Assembly (NCBI GenBank): GCA_963727445.1 | Contig: CAVSGI010000008.1 | Span: forward strand, 542,350 to 606,349 | Length of the DNA stretch: 64,000 nucleotides | DNA from: an uncultured delta proteobacterium | GTDB lineage: Bacteria > Myxococcota_A > Polyangia > Polyangiales > B10-G4 | Direction of reading: 5' to 3' | Shown: positions 40,933 to 50,409 of the stretch, one piece after another | Layout of the letters: each line of letters opens with the position of its first letter | Position numbering within the stretch: the stretch's first letter is position 1 | Notes under the pieces: model-generated | What the model saw: the letters and a program-made list of their open reading frames with translations, nothing else | What the model was told of the DNA's origin: nothing | The model's database searches: none | Made by a program: the position numbers and the translations under genes

Positions 40933-42107
40933 CCGCTCGCGAAGAGAAAGCGCGCGAGCGCCTGGGTACGGTGCCTGAGGCTCGACAGGCTGCTCCACTC
41001 TTCGGGGCGGTGGAAGTGCTTGCCGTAGGGTCCGAGGCCGTCGATGCAGGGCGTGCCACGGGCGGCGATGAGATTGGCATCCGAGCCGCCCCCTTGAAGC
41101 GGCGCCTCGCCGACGCCCAATCCGACGGAGGCCGCGTGGGCTTCGTAGGCCTCGCGCAGCGCCTGGGTCGCCTCGCTCGGCTGCATGGGCGGGCGCGAGA
41201 TCTGTCCTTCGAGGCGAAGCGACGTGCCCTCGAGGCTTCCGGTGAGCGCGACGGCGATCGCTTCTTCGAGCGCGGCGACGACCACGGCCTCGTCGGCGGG
41301 ATCGACGAAGCGCACGTCGACGTCCGCGCGCGCCGAATCGGGCACGGTGTTCTTCGACGTCCCGCCGCTGACCAGCCCGACGTTGACGGTGATGCCCCGT
41401 GAATAGTCGGTGATGGCGGCCAGTCGCGGGATCGCCAGCGCGAGCGCGTGGATCGCGTTTCGCCCCTCCTCGTGATGAAGGCCCGCGTGCGCGGAACGAC
41501 CGCTGGCCTCCACCCGGAAGAAGGCGGTGCCCTTGCGCCGGGTGACGATCCGGTCCTGGTCGCGGCCCGCCTCGAAGACCAGGGCCGCCCGCGCTCGCTC
41601 GGCCTCGCGCTCGATGAGGGGGCGGCTGGAGGGCGAGCCCACCTCCTCGTCGCTGTTGACCAGGATGCGCAGGGGAAGCGCGGCCGCCGTCTCGGGTGAC
41701 ACCGCACGGAGCGCACGGAGCGCGAAGAAGATCGACGACAGGCCGGACTTCATGTCGAGGACCCCGGGGCCCTTCGCCAGGTCGCCGTCCCGCTCGAAAC
41801 CGAAGAAGCCGAGCGCGCGCGGAAACACCGTATCCACGTGCCCGACCAGGAGCAGCGCCCCCTCCCCGGCCCCGGCGGCGTTCGCATAGACGCGGTGGTC
41901 GGCGTGGGCGCCATCCGCGACCGGGTGTCGCTCACACGACAGGCCCGACGCCTCGGCCAGCTCGTCCAGGATGGACGCCGCGGCCTCCACGTCCCCCGGC
42001 TCCCGGCTGCAGCTCGGCTGCTCGACGAGCCGAGCGAAGAAGGGAAGCTGCTCCGACTCGAAAGCAGCGTCCACGGCCGCGTCCAGCGCTTCGCCTTCCT
42101 CGCTCAT
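40929..42107 (-). CDS. M20 metallopeptidase (carboxypeptidase G2-like)
   Basis: [45 protein letters not shown]. Confidence 0.9.
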   Translation of the reverse strand: MSEEGEALDAAVDAAFESEQLPFFARLVEQPSCSREPGDVEAAASILDELAEASGLSCERHPVADGAHADHRVYANAAGAGEGALLLVGHVDTVFPRALGFFGFERDGDLAKGPGVLDMKSGLSSIFFALRALRAVSPETAAALPLRILVNSDEEVGSPSSRPLIEREAERARAALVFEAGRDQDRIVTRRKGTAFFRVEASGRSAHAGLHHEEGRNAIHALALAIPRLAAITDYSRGITVNVGLVSGGTSKNTVPDSARADVDVRFVDPADEAVVVAALEEAIAVALTGSLEGTSLRLEGQISRPPMQPSEATQALREAYEAHAASVGLGVGEAPLQGGGSDANLIAARGTPCIDGLGPYGKHFHRPEEWSSLSSLRHRTQALARFLFASG

Positions 42108-42164
42108 CGGAGCGACCATACACCGACCATTGTCGAATCGCTCGCCGGCCCTTAGGCTCGCGGC

Positions 42165-42821
42165 GTGCCGGCCCTCGAGACCACCCACGTGCGCGAGGCG
42201 ACGCTCCTCGGAGCGGGTCAGGTGCGCCTGGTCCTCGAACCCCCGGAGGGCTACCTCGATGCGCACGACCGCGCCGGACAGTACTGCGAGCTGCGCGTGC
42301 CCGGCGGGGAGAGCGCCCCTTTCGCGCTCATGAGCACCCCGGCCGAGCGCACGCTGTCGTTCTTGGTCGGCGATCGCAGCGAGCCCGGCACCTCCATCGC
42401 CGCCCTCCGCCCCGGCGAAGCGCTCGAAGTCGGGATGCCCTCCGGACCGGGCTTCGACCTCGACGCCTGCCTCGGCCGCGACGTCACCTTCGTCGCGACG
42501 GGTACCGGGATCGCGCCGGTGCGCGCCGCGCTGACCCTCGCGCGTGAGCGCGCGGCGGAGCTGGGCCGGATCCGCCTCTACTACGGCCTGAGAAACCGCC
42601 GCTTCGTCGCCATCGACGACGAGCTCCCCGCGTGGGTCGAGGGCGGCGTCGTGGTGCGCTTCCACTTCTCCGAGAGCGAGGAGGGATACGTGCAGGACGT
42701 GGTCATCGCAGACCAGCCGGACCCGGAGCACACCGCCTTCATCACCGCGGGACACCCGGAGGTCGGCGAGGCCCTGCGCGCGTATGCCGGCTCGACCGGC
42801 GTGGTGATCGAAAACCTCTGA
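42165..42821 (+). CDS. Ferredoxin-NADP reductase-like FAD/NAD(P)-binding oxidoreductase
   Basis: GQY, P.GPGF, ATGTGIAPVRA, LYYG.R, GYVQD. Confidence 0.8.
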   Translation: MPALETTHVREATLLGAGQVRLVLEPPEGYLDAHDRAGQYCELRVPGGESAPFALMSTPAERTLSFLVGDRSEPGTSIAALRPGEALEVGMPSGPGFDLDACLGRDVTFVATGTGIAPVRAALTLARERAAELGRIRLYYGLRNRRFVAIDDELPAWVEGGVVVRFHFSESEEGYVQDVVIADQPDPEHTAFITAGHPEVGEALRAYAGSTGVVIENL

Positions 42822-42846
42822 GGACCTGTGTTACAACGCCCCGGCG

Positions 42847-44838
42847 GTGGACGGCGGACGCAAAGCGCAGTGCCCGAACTGCGGGGGCCCGATCGAGTGG
42901 CGACTGGGGGCCTCGGCGGCGCAGGTGTGTCCCTTCTGCTCGCACACCGTGGTGCGCACCGATCGCGATCTCAGCGTGCTCGGAAAGGTCGCGGACCTCG
43001 TCCCCACCGCCGCACCGATCGCCGTCGGTGATTACGGCCGCATCGCCGATGTCGGCTTCACGGTGGCCGGGCGCCTGCAGCTCGATCACGGACAGGGCCC
43101 CTGGGACGAGTGGTACGTCGGCCTCGACGACGGCCGTTGGGGTTGGCTCGCGCGCGCGCAGGGGCGCTGGTACCTGACCTTCCCCGTCCAGACGTCGGGC
43201 CTGCCGTCGTGGGAGCAGATGACGCCGGGCAACAGCGGTCAGCTCCCCGGCGGCGGCGAGCACCAATGGACGGCCGTGGAGCGCGGCCAGTCGCGGATGC
43301 TCAGCGCCCAGGGCGAGCTGCCCTACCCGACCCAGGCGAACGAGCAGGGGCGCTTCGTCGACCTTCAAGCGCCCGGCGGCGGCTTCGCCACCATCGATTA
43401 CGGGGACGGCAGCGAGGCGCCGGTCTTCTACGTCGGCCAGCAGTACGACCCCAGCCAGATCCAGTGGACGCAAGCGGCGATGGGTCCGCGGCCCACCGAA
43501 AAGCTGGAGGTCCAGAAGCTACGCTGTCCGACCTGCGGCGGCCCGGTGCCGATCATGGTGCCCGACCGCACGGAGCGCGCCGCCTGCCCCGCGTGCAACT
43601 CGCTGCTCGACTTCAACCAGGGCGCGCTGTCGTTCCTGAACCAGCTGAACCAGCAGCCGATCAAGCCCTACATCCCGCTCGGCACCGAGGGAACGCTCGA
43701 CGGCGAGAAGATGATGTGCATCGGCTTCATGGAGCGCGCCACCATCGTCGAGGGCATCACCTACGCCTGGCGCGAGTACCTGCTCCACGCCGAATCCGGC
43801 TATCGCTGGCTCCTCGAGGACTCGAACAACTTCACGCTGCTCCGCCCGATCAACCCGGCCGACGTCCGCGTCGACGGTCATCAGGCGACCTTCGAGGGCC
43901 GCGGGCATCGCCTCTTCCAGACGGCGTCGGTCTTCGTCCGCTACGTCGTCGGTGAGTTCTACTGGAAGGTGAGCGTGGGCGAGCGGTCACAGACCGCCGA
44001 CTACGTCGCGCCCCCCTACATCATCAGCGAGGAGCGGAGCGACAAGGAGATCAACTGGTCGGCCGGCAAGTGGCTCGCGGGCGAGGAGGTGTGGAAGGCG
44101 TTCTCCCTGCCGGGCGATCCGCCGAACCCCACCGACGTCGCGCCCGCGCAGCCCAACCCCGTCTCGCTGCGCTTCCCCTTCGTCTTCGCGCTCGTGGCCA
44201 TCGCGCTCCTCGCGGGCGTCTTCTTCCTCACCCAGAAGCACGTCCCCCAGCTCACGCTCCTCGATGCGCCCGTAACGATGCCGGCACAACCCGAGCAGGC
44301 GATGATCACCCGCGGCAATGCCTCCGCCACGAGCGTGGCCACCTCCTCGGCGAACGTGGCGATGTCCGGCCCTTCGGTGAACGTGAGCTACACCCCCGAC
44401 TTCACCGTGCCGCGAGGCGTCGAGACGCTTCGCTTCACGATCAGCGACAACATGGGCAACGGCTGGATCGGCATCGCGTGCGCGCTGGTGAACGAGACCA
44501 CGGGCGTCACCACCGAATTCCTGCTCGAGCAGGACCTCTTCCACGCCACCGGCCCCGCGGCCCTGCCCAGTCTGAGCAGCACCGCCTACGTCGACATCGA
44601 CGGCGTGACCGAAGGGCAGTACTCGATGCGGATGGACCCACGCTGGGCCCGCAAGACCCTTCAGGTGCCCCCCGCGCCCCCGATCACCAGCCTCCGCGTC
44701 GCCAGCTACGACGCCCACGGCGACGCGAGCAAGGGATGTTGCGGCTTCACCGGGCTCATCCTACTCCTACCCATCCCACTGGTCTGGATCCGCAAGCGCC
44801 TCTTCGAGAGTCGGCGCTGGCGCAACTCGAACGTGTGA
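42847..44838 (+). CDS. Tandem Zn-ribbon/DUF4178 membrane protein
   Basis: CPNCG..CPFC and CPTCG..CPAC; GPWDEWY..GWL and WREYLL..YRWL; GEFYW; two TMs; FE..RW. Confidence 0.8.
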   Translation: MDGGRKAQCPNCGGPIEWRLGASAAQVCPFCSHTVVRTDRDLSVLGKVADLVPTAAPIAVGDYGRIADVGFTVAGRLQLDHGQGPWDEWYVGLDDGRWGWLARAQGRWYLTFPVQTSGLPSWEQMTPGNSGQLPGGGEHQWTAVERGQSRMLSAQGELPYPTQANEQGRFVDLQAPGGGFATIDYGDGSEAPVFYVGQQYDPSQIQWTQAAMGPRPTEKLEVQKLRCPTCGGPVPIMVPDRTERAACPACNSLLDFNQGALSFLNQLNQQPIKPYIPLGTEGTLDGEKMMCIGFMERATIVEGITYAWREYLLHAESGYRWLLEDSNNFTLLRPINPADVRVDGHQATFEGRGHRLFQTASVFVRYVVGEFYWKVSVGERSQTADYVAPPYIISEERSDKEINWSAGKWLAGEEVWKAFSLPGDPPNPTDVAPAQPNPVSLRFPFVFALVAIALLAGVFFLTQKHVPQLTLLDAPVTMPAQPEQAMITRGNASATSVATSSANVAMSGPSVNVSYTPDFTVPRGVETLRFTISDNMGNGWIGIACALVNETTGVTTEFLLEQDLFHATGPAALPSLSSTAYVDIDGVTEGQYSMRMDPRWARKTLQVPPAPPITSLRVASYDAHGDASKGCCGFTGLILLLPIPLVWIRKRLFESRRWRNSNV

Positions 44839-44847
44839 AGGCTCGAC

Positions 44848-45120
44848 GTGCTCCGCTACGTGCTCTACGGAATCTTCGGCTTGTCGGTCATCGGGCTCTA
44901 CGCTCTAACGACGGCGACGGGCGGTGACATGAGCTCGGTGCCGACGACGCACGGGGCGGTGCCTCCACAGTTCCGAGCGAGTGGCGCGTGGCGAACCTCG
45001 CCGATGGTCTGGCGGACGGGCTTTCACGGGCCGGCGGCCTACGTCCCGCCCGGGTCGGACACGGGCTCGAGCGGAGGGGGCGGTGTCGGCTTCTACGGCG
45101 GCTTCGGCGGAGGGAAGTGA
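44848..45120 (+). CDS. Small membrane-anchored Gly-rich protein
   Basis: N-terminal TM; ends in GFYGGFGGGK; operon position. Confidence 0.7.
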   Translation: MLRYVLYGIFGLSVIGLYALTTATGGDMSSVPTTHGAVPPQFRASGAWRTSPMVWRTGFHGPAAYVPPGSDTGSSGGGGVGFYGGFGGGK

Positions 45121-45148
45121 GCAAAATGAACGACCACATTCCGGAATC

Positions 45149-45817
45149 GTGGTCATTCATTTAGGGCGCCTCTGGGCGCTGGCCGGGGTGCTCCTCGTCG
45201 TCTTGTTCGCGATCGCCTTCGCCCTCGAGCTGGGCAAGGAGACGCGGGTGGTGGTGGACGGTGGCTTGCGCCTCCCGGCGCTCCCCGCTTCGCGCGCCGC
45301 CCTCGCGGAGGAGGTCTCGGCCGACGCCGTGCAGCTGACCCCGGCTTTCGACGTGGAGGAGCCGACCACCCTCGAGCTCACCCTGTCGCGCGGTGCCGAG
45401 GAGGGCTGGGTCGGCGTGGACGTCGCCCTGGTCGAGGAGGAGAGCGGCGAACTGCGCCAGCTCGGCCTGGCGACCGACGTCCGAGGCGCGGTGGGCAAGG
45501 ACCCCCAGGAGGAGCGGACCAAGACGGTGCTCGTGGACCGCGTACGACCGGGGCACTACGTGCTCCGGCTCGCGCCCAGCTGGGAGCCGCTCGAGGAACC
45601 GGAGCCGGGGCGCGCGGACACCCCACCCCCCGCGCCGCCGGCGGCGCACTTTCGCGCCGTCCTCGGGCGCCGCAGCTACTGGGCCCTGGCCCTGGCGGCC
45701 GGCCTCATCCTTCTGCCCCCACTGGTTTCTACCGGCCGGCGCCTGTGGCGACGCGGCGGGTCGAGGATGACTGAAGGAGGGATTCCTGATACCCCTCCCG
45801 CGGGAAAGGAGAGCTGA
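45149..45817 (+). CDS. Two-TM protein paralogous to the C-terminal domain of the DUF4178 protein
   Basis: TPAFDV..GWVGVDVALVEEESG..GHYVLRLAPSW aligns by eye with TPDFTV..GWIGIACALVNETTG..GQYSMRMDPRW; start uncertain. Confidence 0.65.
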   Translation: MVIHLGRLWALAGVLLVVLFAIAFALELGKETRVVVDGGLRLPALPASRAALAEEVSADAVQLTPAFDVEEPTTLELTLSRGAEEGWVGVDVALVEEESGELRQLGLATDVRGAVGKDPQEERTKTVLVDRVRPGHYVLRLAPSWEPLEEPEPGRADTPPPAPPAAHFRAVLGRRSYWALALAAGLILLPPLVSTGRRLWRRGGSRMTEGGIPDTPPAGKES

Positions 45818-45821
45818 CGGA

Positions 45822-46046
45822 ATGAACATCGATTGGGGAGCGCTCGCAAGTGCGGCTATCGAGTCCGTGCTCTTCACCATCATCGGCCTCGTGTTCTTCG
45901 GTGTCGCCTTCATGGTGATCACGAAGATGGTCCCCTTCTCCATGCGCAAGGAGATCGAGGAGGACCAGAACGTCGCCCTCGGCGTGATCCTGGGCTCGGT
46001 GATCATCGGGATCGCCATCATCGTCTCCCAAGTGCTGTCCGGCTGA
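45822..46046 (+). CDS. DUF350 small membrane protein
   Basis: Two TMs, PFS..KEIEEDQNVALG. Confidence 0.85.
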   Translation: MNIDWGALASAAIESVLFTIIGLVFFGVAFMVITKMVPFSMRKEIEEDQNVALGVILGSVIIGIAIIVSQVLSG

Positions 46047-46079
46047 TGGCGCTGGGTCACTAACCCAGCGGCAGTCCTG

Positions 46080-47603
46080 GTGTCGAGCAAGCGTCTCAGA
46101 ACTCCGCTCCTCTTCCTGACGGTTCTGATCATCGCCACGAGCGGGCTCGTCTACGAGCTGATCGCCGGCGCGCTGGCGAGCTACGTGCTCGGGGACTCGG
46201 TCACCCAGTTCTCGACCACCATCGGCGTCTATCTCTTCGCGATGGGGATCGGCGCGTACCTGTCGCGCTTCATCAAGAGCGACGTGAGCGTGCGCTTCGT
46301 CGAGGTGGAGCTGAGCGCCGCGCTGGTGGGAGGCTTCTCGGCGCCCTTCCTGTACCTCGCTTTCGCGTACGGAGAGGTCTTCGAGGTCGCCCTCTACGCG
46401 ACCATCGTCATCATCGGGACGCTGGTGGGGCTCGAGATCCCGCTCCTCATGCGCATCCTCAAGGAGGAGCTCGACTTCGAAGAGCTGATCGCGCGGGTGC
46501 TCTCGGTGGACTACCTGGGCTCGCTGGCCGGCTCGCTGCTCTTCGCTCTGGTGCTGGTGCCGCGGCTGGGCCTGAACCGCACCTCGCTGCTCTTCGGCAG
46601 CCTCAACTGCGCCGTCGCCCTGATGAGCACCTGGGTGCTGGGCGAGCTCCTCAGGCCCGCGACGCGTCTGAGGCTCAGGATCAAAGGCGTGGTCCTCGCG
46701 TGCCTGTTGGCCGCGGGGCTCGTCTGGGCCGACCGCGTGACCAGCTTCGGCGAGCAGGCCTTCTACGCCGACCCGGTGGTCTATGCCGAGCAAACCCCCT
46801 ATCAGCGCATCATCCTCACGCGCAGCCGCAACAGCATCCAGCTCTTCCTGAACGGGAACCTGCAGTTCAGCTCGAGCGACGAGTACCGCTATCACGAAGC
46901 GCTGGTGCACCCGGCCTTCGCCGTGGTGGACGATCCGCGCCGCGTGCTTGTCCTCGGAGGCGGCGATGGGCTGGCGCTCCGCGAGATCTTCCGCCATCCC
47001 TCGGTCGAAGAGGTCGTCATGGTGGACCTCGACCGCGGCGTCACCGACATGGCCGAGAGCGTTCCGGCCCTCGCGGAGCTCAACCAGCACTCCCTCGACG
47101 ATCCGCGCCTGACGCTCATCCACGACGACGCCATGGTCTGGCTCGACGAGGAAGAGCTCGACCCCTTCGACGTCGTGATCATCGACTTTCCGGATCCCAA
47201 CAACTACTCCCTCGGCAAGCTCTACACCTCGCACTTCTACCGCCTCGCCGCACGCGCCCTCGCCGACGACGGGGCCATGGTCGTCCAGAGCACCTCGCCC
47301 CTCTACGCGCGCCGCAGCTACTGGTGCATCGAGCGCACCATCGCATCGGTGGGACTGTCGACCGCGCCCTATCACGTCAACGTGCCGAGCTTCGGGGAGT
47401 GGGGCTACGTGCTGGCCAAGAAGCACCCCTTCGATCCGCCGCGCGATCCCGGCGTCCCGGGTCTGCGCTACCTGACGCCCGAAGAGCTCCCCACCCTCTT
47501 CACCTTCGGGGCCGACATGCAGCCCATCCCGGTGGAGACCAACCGCCTCAACGACCAGCAGCTCGTGACCTACTACGAAGGGGAGTGGTCTCGGTGGAAC
47601 TGA
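46080..47603 (+). CDS. speE: Membrane-anchored polyamine aminopropyltransferase (spermidine synthase-like)
   Basis: Multi-TM N-terminus (GLVYEL, GLEIPL, DYLG), QTPYQ, DEYRYHEALVHP, GGGDGL, IIDFPDP, VPSFGEWG. Confidence 0.88.
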   Translation: MSSKRLRTPLLFLTVLIIATSGLVYELIAGALASYVLGDSVTQFSTTIGVYLFAMGIGAYLSRFIKSDVSVRFVEVELSAALVGGFSAPFLYLAFAYGEVFEVALYATIVIIGTLVGLEIPLLMRILKEELDFEELIARVLSVDYLGSLAGSLLFALVLVPRLGLNRTSLLFGSLNCAVALMSTWVLGELLRPATRLRLRIKGVVLACLLAAGLVWADRVTSFGEQAFYADPVVYAEQTPYQRIILTRSRNSIQLFLNGNLQFSSSDEYRYHEALVHPAFAVVDDPRRVLVLGGGDGLALREIFRHPSVEEVVMVDLDRGVTDMAESVPALAELNQHSLDDPRLTLIHDDAMVWLDEEELDPFDVVIIDFPDPNNYSLGKLYTSHFYRLAARALADDGAMVVQSTSPLYARRSYWCIERTIASVGLSTAPYHVNVPSFGEWGYVLAKKHPFDPPRDPGVPGLRYLTPEELPTLFTFGADMQPIPVETNRLNDQQLVTYYEGEWSRWN

Positions 47604-49265
47604 GCCGCCGCGACATGTTGACGTCGCTCCTGGGGGCGCCTTTCGTGGCCGCGTCGGTCGCGTCCTGCGGCAGCGACGATCCCGCGCCCGAGGTCGAGGG
47701 CACGATCCTCGGCCCCCGGATGGAGCTCGGCCACGCGCTCCGCGACGGGGCGCCCCTGGGCGATTTCGACGGCGCGCCGCGCCGCCGGGTGAAGGTCGCG
47801 ATCCTCGGCGGCGGCCCGGCGGGGCTCTCCGCGGCGTGGCGGCTCGTTCGCCAGGGACACGACGACTTCGTGGTCATCGACATGGAGCCCGCCGTCGGCG
47901 GGACGTCGCGCTCCGGTGAATCCGAGGTCACGCGCTATCCCTGGGGCGCGCACTACCTGCCCGTGCCGATGGCGCACCACACCGATCTCGATCCGCTTGC
48001 TCGAGGAGATCGGCGCCATCGTGGGCAGGACGCCGGATGGAAGCCCGGTGGGCGCGGAAGCGATGCTGGTGCGCGAGCCCGACGAGCGTCTCTTCGAGGC
48101 GGGCTTCTGGCATCGCGGGCTCTTCCCGAACGCGGGCGCGACCGCGCGGGACCTCGAAGAGCTCGGCCGCTGGCGCGCCATGATCGCCCGGTGGGTGGAC
48201 CGTCGCGACGCCTCGGGGCGGCGCGCCTTCGCCATTCCCGTGGATGCCTCCTCGGACGATCCCGACTTCGAAGAGCTCGACGGGATCAGCGCCGCCGAGC
48301 TCCTCGATCGCCTGCGCATCACCTCGCCGCGGGTGCGCTGGTGGGTCGAGTACGGCTGCCGCGACGACTACGGGCTCACGCTCGAGACGACGAGCGCCTG
48401 GGCCGCCGTCTTCTACACCGCCGCGCGCACCGTCACCGGCGGCTCCGACACCCAGGATCTCCTCGCCTGGCCCGAGGGCAACGGCGCGCTGGTCTCGCAC
48501 CTCGCCGCCGCCGCTGGGGAGCCGCGCCTTCTGGCGGGGCGCATGGTGGTCGACGTCGAGCCCACCGAGGATCGCGTGCTCGTCCGCACCCTCGTGGAAG
48601 CGGGGCAGGGTCTCGAGATCGTCGAAGCGGAGCGGGTGATCGTCGCCATGCCCCGCTTCGTCGCGCAACGCATCGTTCGGCCCCTCGCCGCGCAGGGCGA
48701 GGCGGCGAACCCCTTCACCTACGGCGCGTGGCTCGTCGCGAACCTGCACCTTCAGGACCGCCCCTTCGGCCGCGGCTTCGAGCCCGCCTGGGACAACGTG
48801 CTCTACGACAGCCCCTCGCTCGGCTACGTCTCGGCCACCCATCAGCGCGGCCGCGACTACGGGCCCACCGTGTGGACCTACTACCTGCCCTTCACCGACG
48901 AGGACGCGACCGATGGGCGAAGGCGCCTGCTCGAGCCGAGCTGGAGCGACTGGAAAGAGCTCATCGTCCGCGACCTCGGTCGCGCCCACCCGGAGCTCGC
49001 GCGACACCTTCGCCGCATCGACGTCTTCCGCTGGGGACACGCCATGCCCCAGCCGCGCGTGGGCACGCTCTTCGATCCCGCGCGCCGCCGCGCCCGAGAG
49101 CCGCTGGGCCGCATCCACTTCGCCCACACCGAGCTGAGCGGCCTCGCCCTCTTCGAAGAAGCGTTTCATCACGGCGTGCGCGCGGCGGACGAGGTCCTCG
49201 CGGCCGCCGACGACGCCATCGAGACCACCACCGGCGGCGCCGTCGAAACGGAGCAGGCGGGATGA
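47594..49265 (+). CDS. Tat-exported FAD-dependent amine oxidase-family lipoprotein, frameshift at ~47990
   Basis: SRRDML Tat motif and VASC lipobox; GGGPAGLSAA, GGTSRSG..YPWGAHY; RDDYG, WGHAM, FEEA; removing G47990 restores DLIRLLEEI. Confidence 0.8.
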
Positions 49266-50350
49266 GCACCGCCGCGATCTTCGCGCCGCGAAGCGCGGGC
49301 CCGTGGCTCTTCGGCAGAAGCGTCGACCTCCTGGTCTTCGGCGGCAGCGCGCTCCTGTCCTTCGCGCTCCTCGGGGTGGGCGCATGGGCCGGCGTGCTCC
49401 ACGCCGACGCGCCGAGCTGGGTGTGGATCACCTGCATCCTCTCGGTGGACGTCGCCCACGTCTGGTCGACTGTGTTCCGGGTCTACCTCGACGGCAAAGA
49501 GGTCCTGCGTCGCCCCCTGCTCTATCTCGGCATGCCCGCCGTCATCTACGTCGTCGGCGTCCTGATCTACGCATTTTCCGCCGCGGCCTTCTGGCGCGTC
49601 CTCGCCTACATCGCTGTCTTCCACTTCGTGCGGCAGCAGTACGGCTGGGTCGCCCTCTACCGGCGGCGCGCCGGGGAGACGGCGCCGCTCGACCGCTTCC
49701 TCGATCGCGCCGCGGTCTACGCAGCGACCGTGTGGCCGCTGATCTGGTGGCACGGACACCTGCCACGCCACTTCGTGTGGTTCGTCCCCAACGACTTCGT
49801 CGCCGGCCTCGCCTCGAGCGTGGCCACCTTCACCGAGCCGCTCTACTGGGCGATCCTCGCGGCGTTCCTGCTGCGTCAGGTCCAGCTCCGCGCCACCGGC
49901 CGTCTCGTGAACGCCGGCAAGCTCCTCGTCGTCTTCACCACCTGGGCCTGCTGGTGGGTCGGCATCGTCGTCCTCGACAGCGACTACGCTTTCACAGTCA
50001 CCAACGTCCTGATCCACGGCATCCCCTACCTCGCCCTGACCTATCGTTATGGCAAAGCGCGCGGGCGCGAGGATCCACAGAGCCTCCTCGGTCGCCTCGC
50101 CCTCGGCGGCCTCGCCGCCTTCCTGATCGTCGTCATCGGTGCCGCCTTCCTCGAAGAGGCGCTCTGGGATCGCCTCGTCTGGCACGATCGCCCGTGGCTC
50201 TTCGGCGACGGAACGGAGCTCGGCGCCGTCGCCCTCGCCCTGCTGGTCCCGCTCCTCGCCATCCCCCAGGCGACGCACTACGCCCTCGACGGCTTCGTCT
50301 GGAAGGTGCGCCGAGAAAAGAACCCGTCGCTGGCCGCCGAGCTCGACTGA
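49262..50350 (+). CDS. Multi-pass membrane protein with spaced His motifs
   Basis: DVAHVWST, FHFVRQQYG, IHGIPY, THYALDGFVWK; ATGA overlap. Confidence 0.75.
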   Translation: MSTAAIFAPRSAGPWLFGRSVDLLVFGGSALLSFALLGVGAWAGVLHADAPSWVWITCILSVDVAHVWSTVFRVYLDGKEVLRRPLLYLGMPAVIYVVGVLIYAFSAAAFWRVLAYIAVFHFVRQQYGWVALYRRRAGETAPLDRFLDRAAVYAATVWPLIWWHGHLPRHFVWFVPNDFVAGLASSVATFTEPLYWAILAAFLLRQVQLRATGRLVNAGKLLVVFTTWACWWVGIVVLDSDYAFTVTNVLIHGIPYLALTYRYGKARGREDPQSLLGRLALGGLAAFLIVVIGAAFLEEALWDRLVWHDRPWLFGDGTELGAVALALLVPLLAIPQATHYALDGFVWKVRREKNPSLAAELD

Positions 50351-50409
50351 GCAAGCGACGAGGAGGGCGCCATTTCGCCCGAGCGCGACGTCCTTGTACC
50401 CTCGATCAC

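Noticed and set aside
46700..50350. 1216-aa ORF
   Set aside because: Chimera of the oxidase N-terminus and the downstream membrane protein caused by the indel at ~47990
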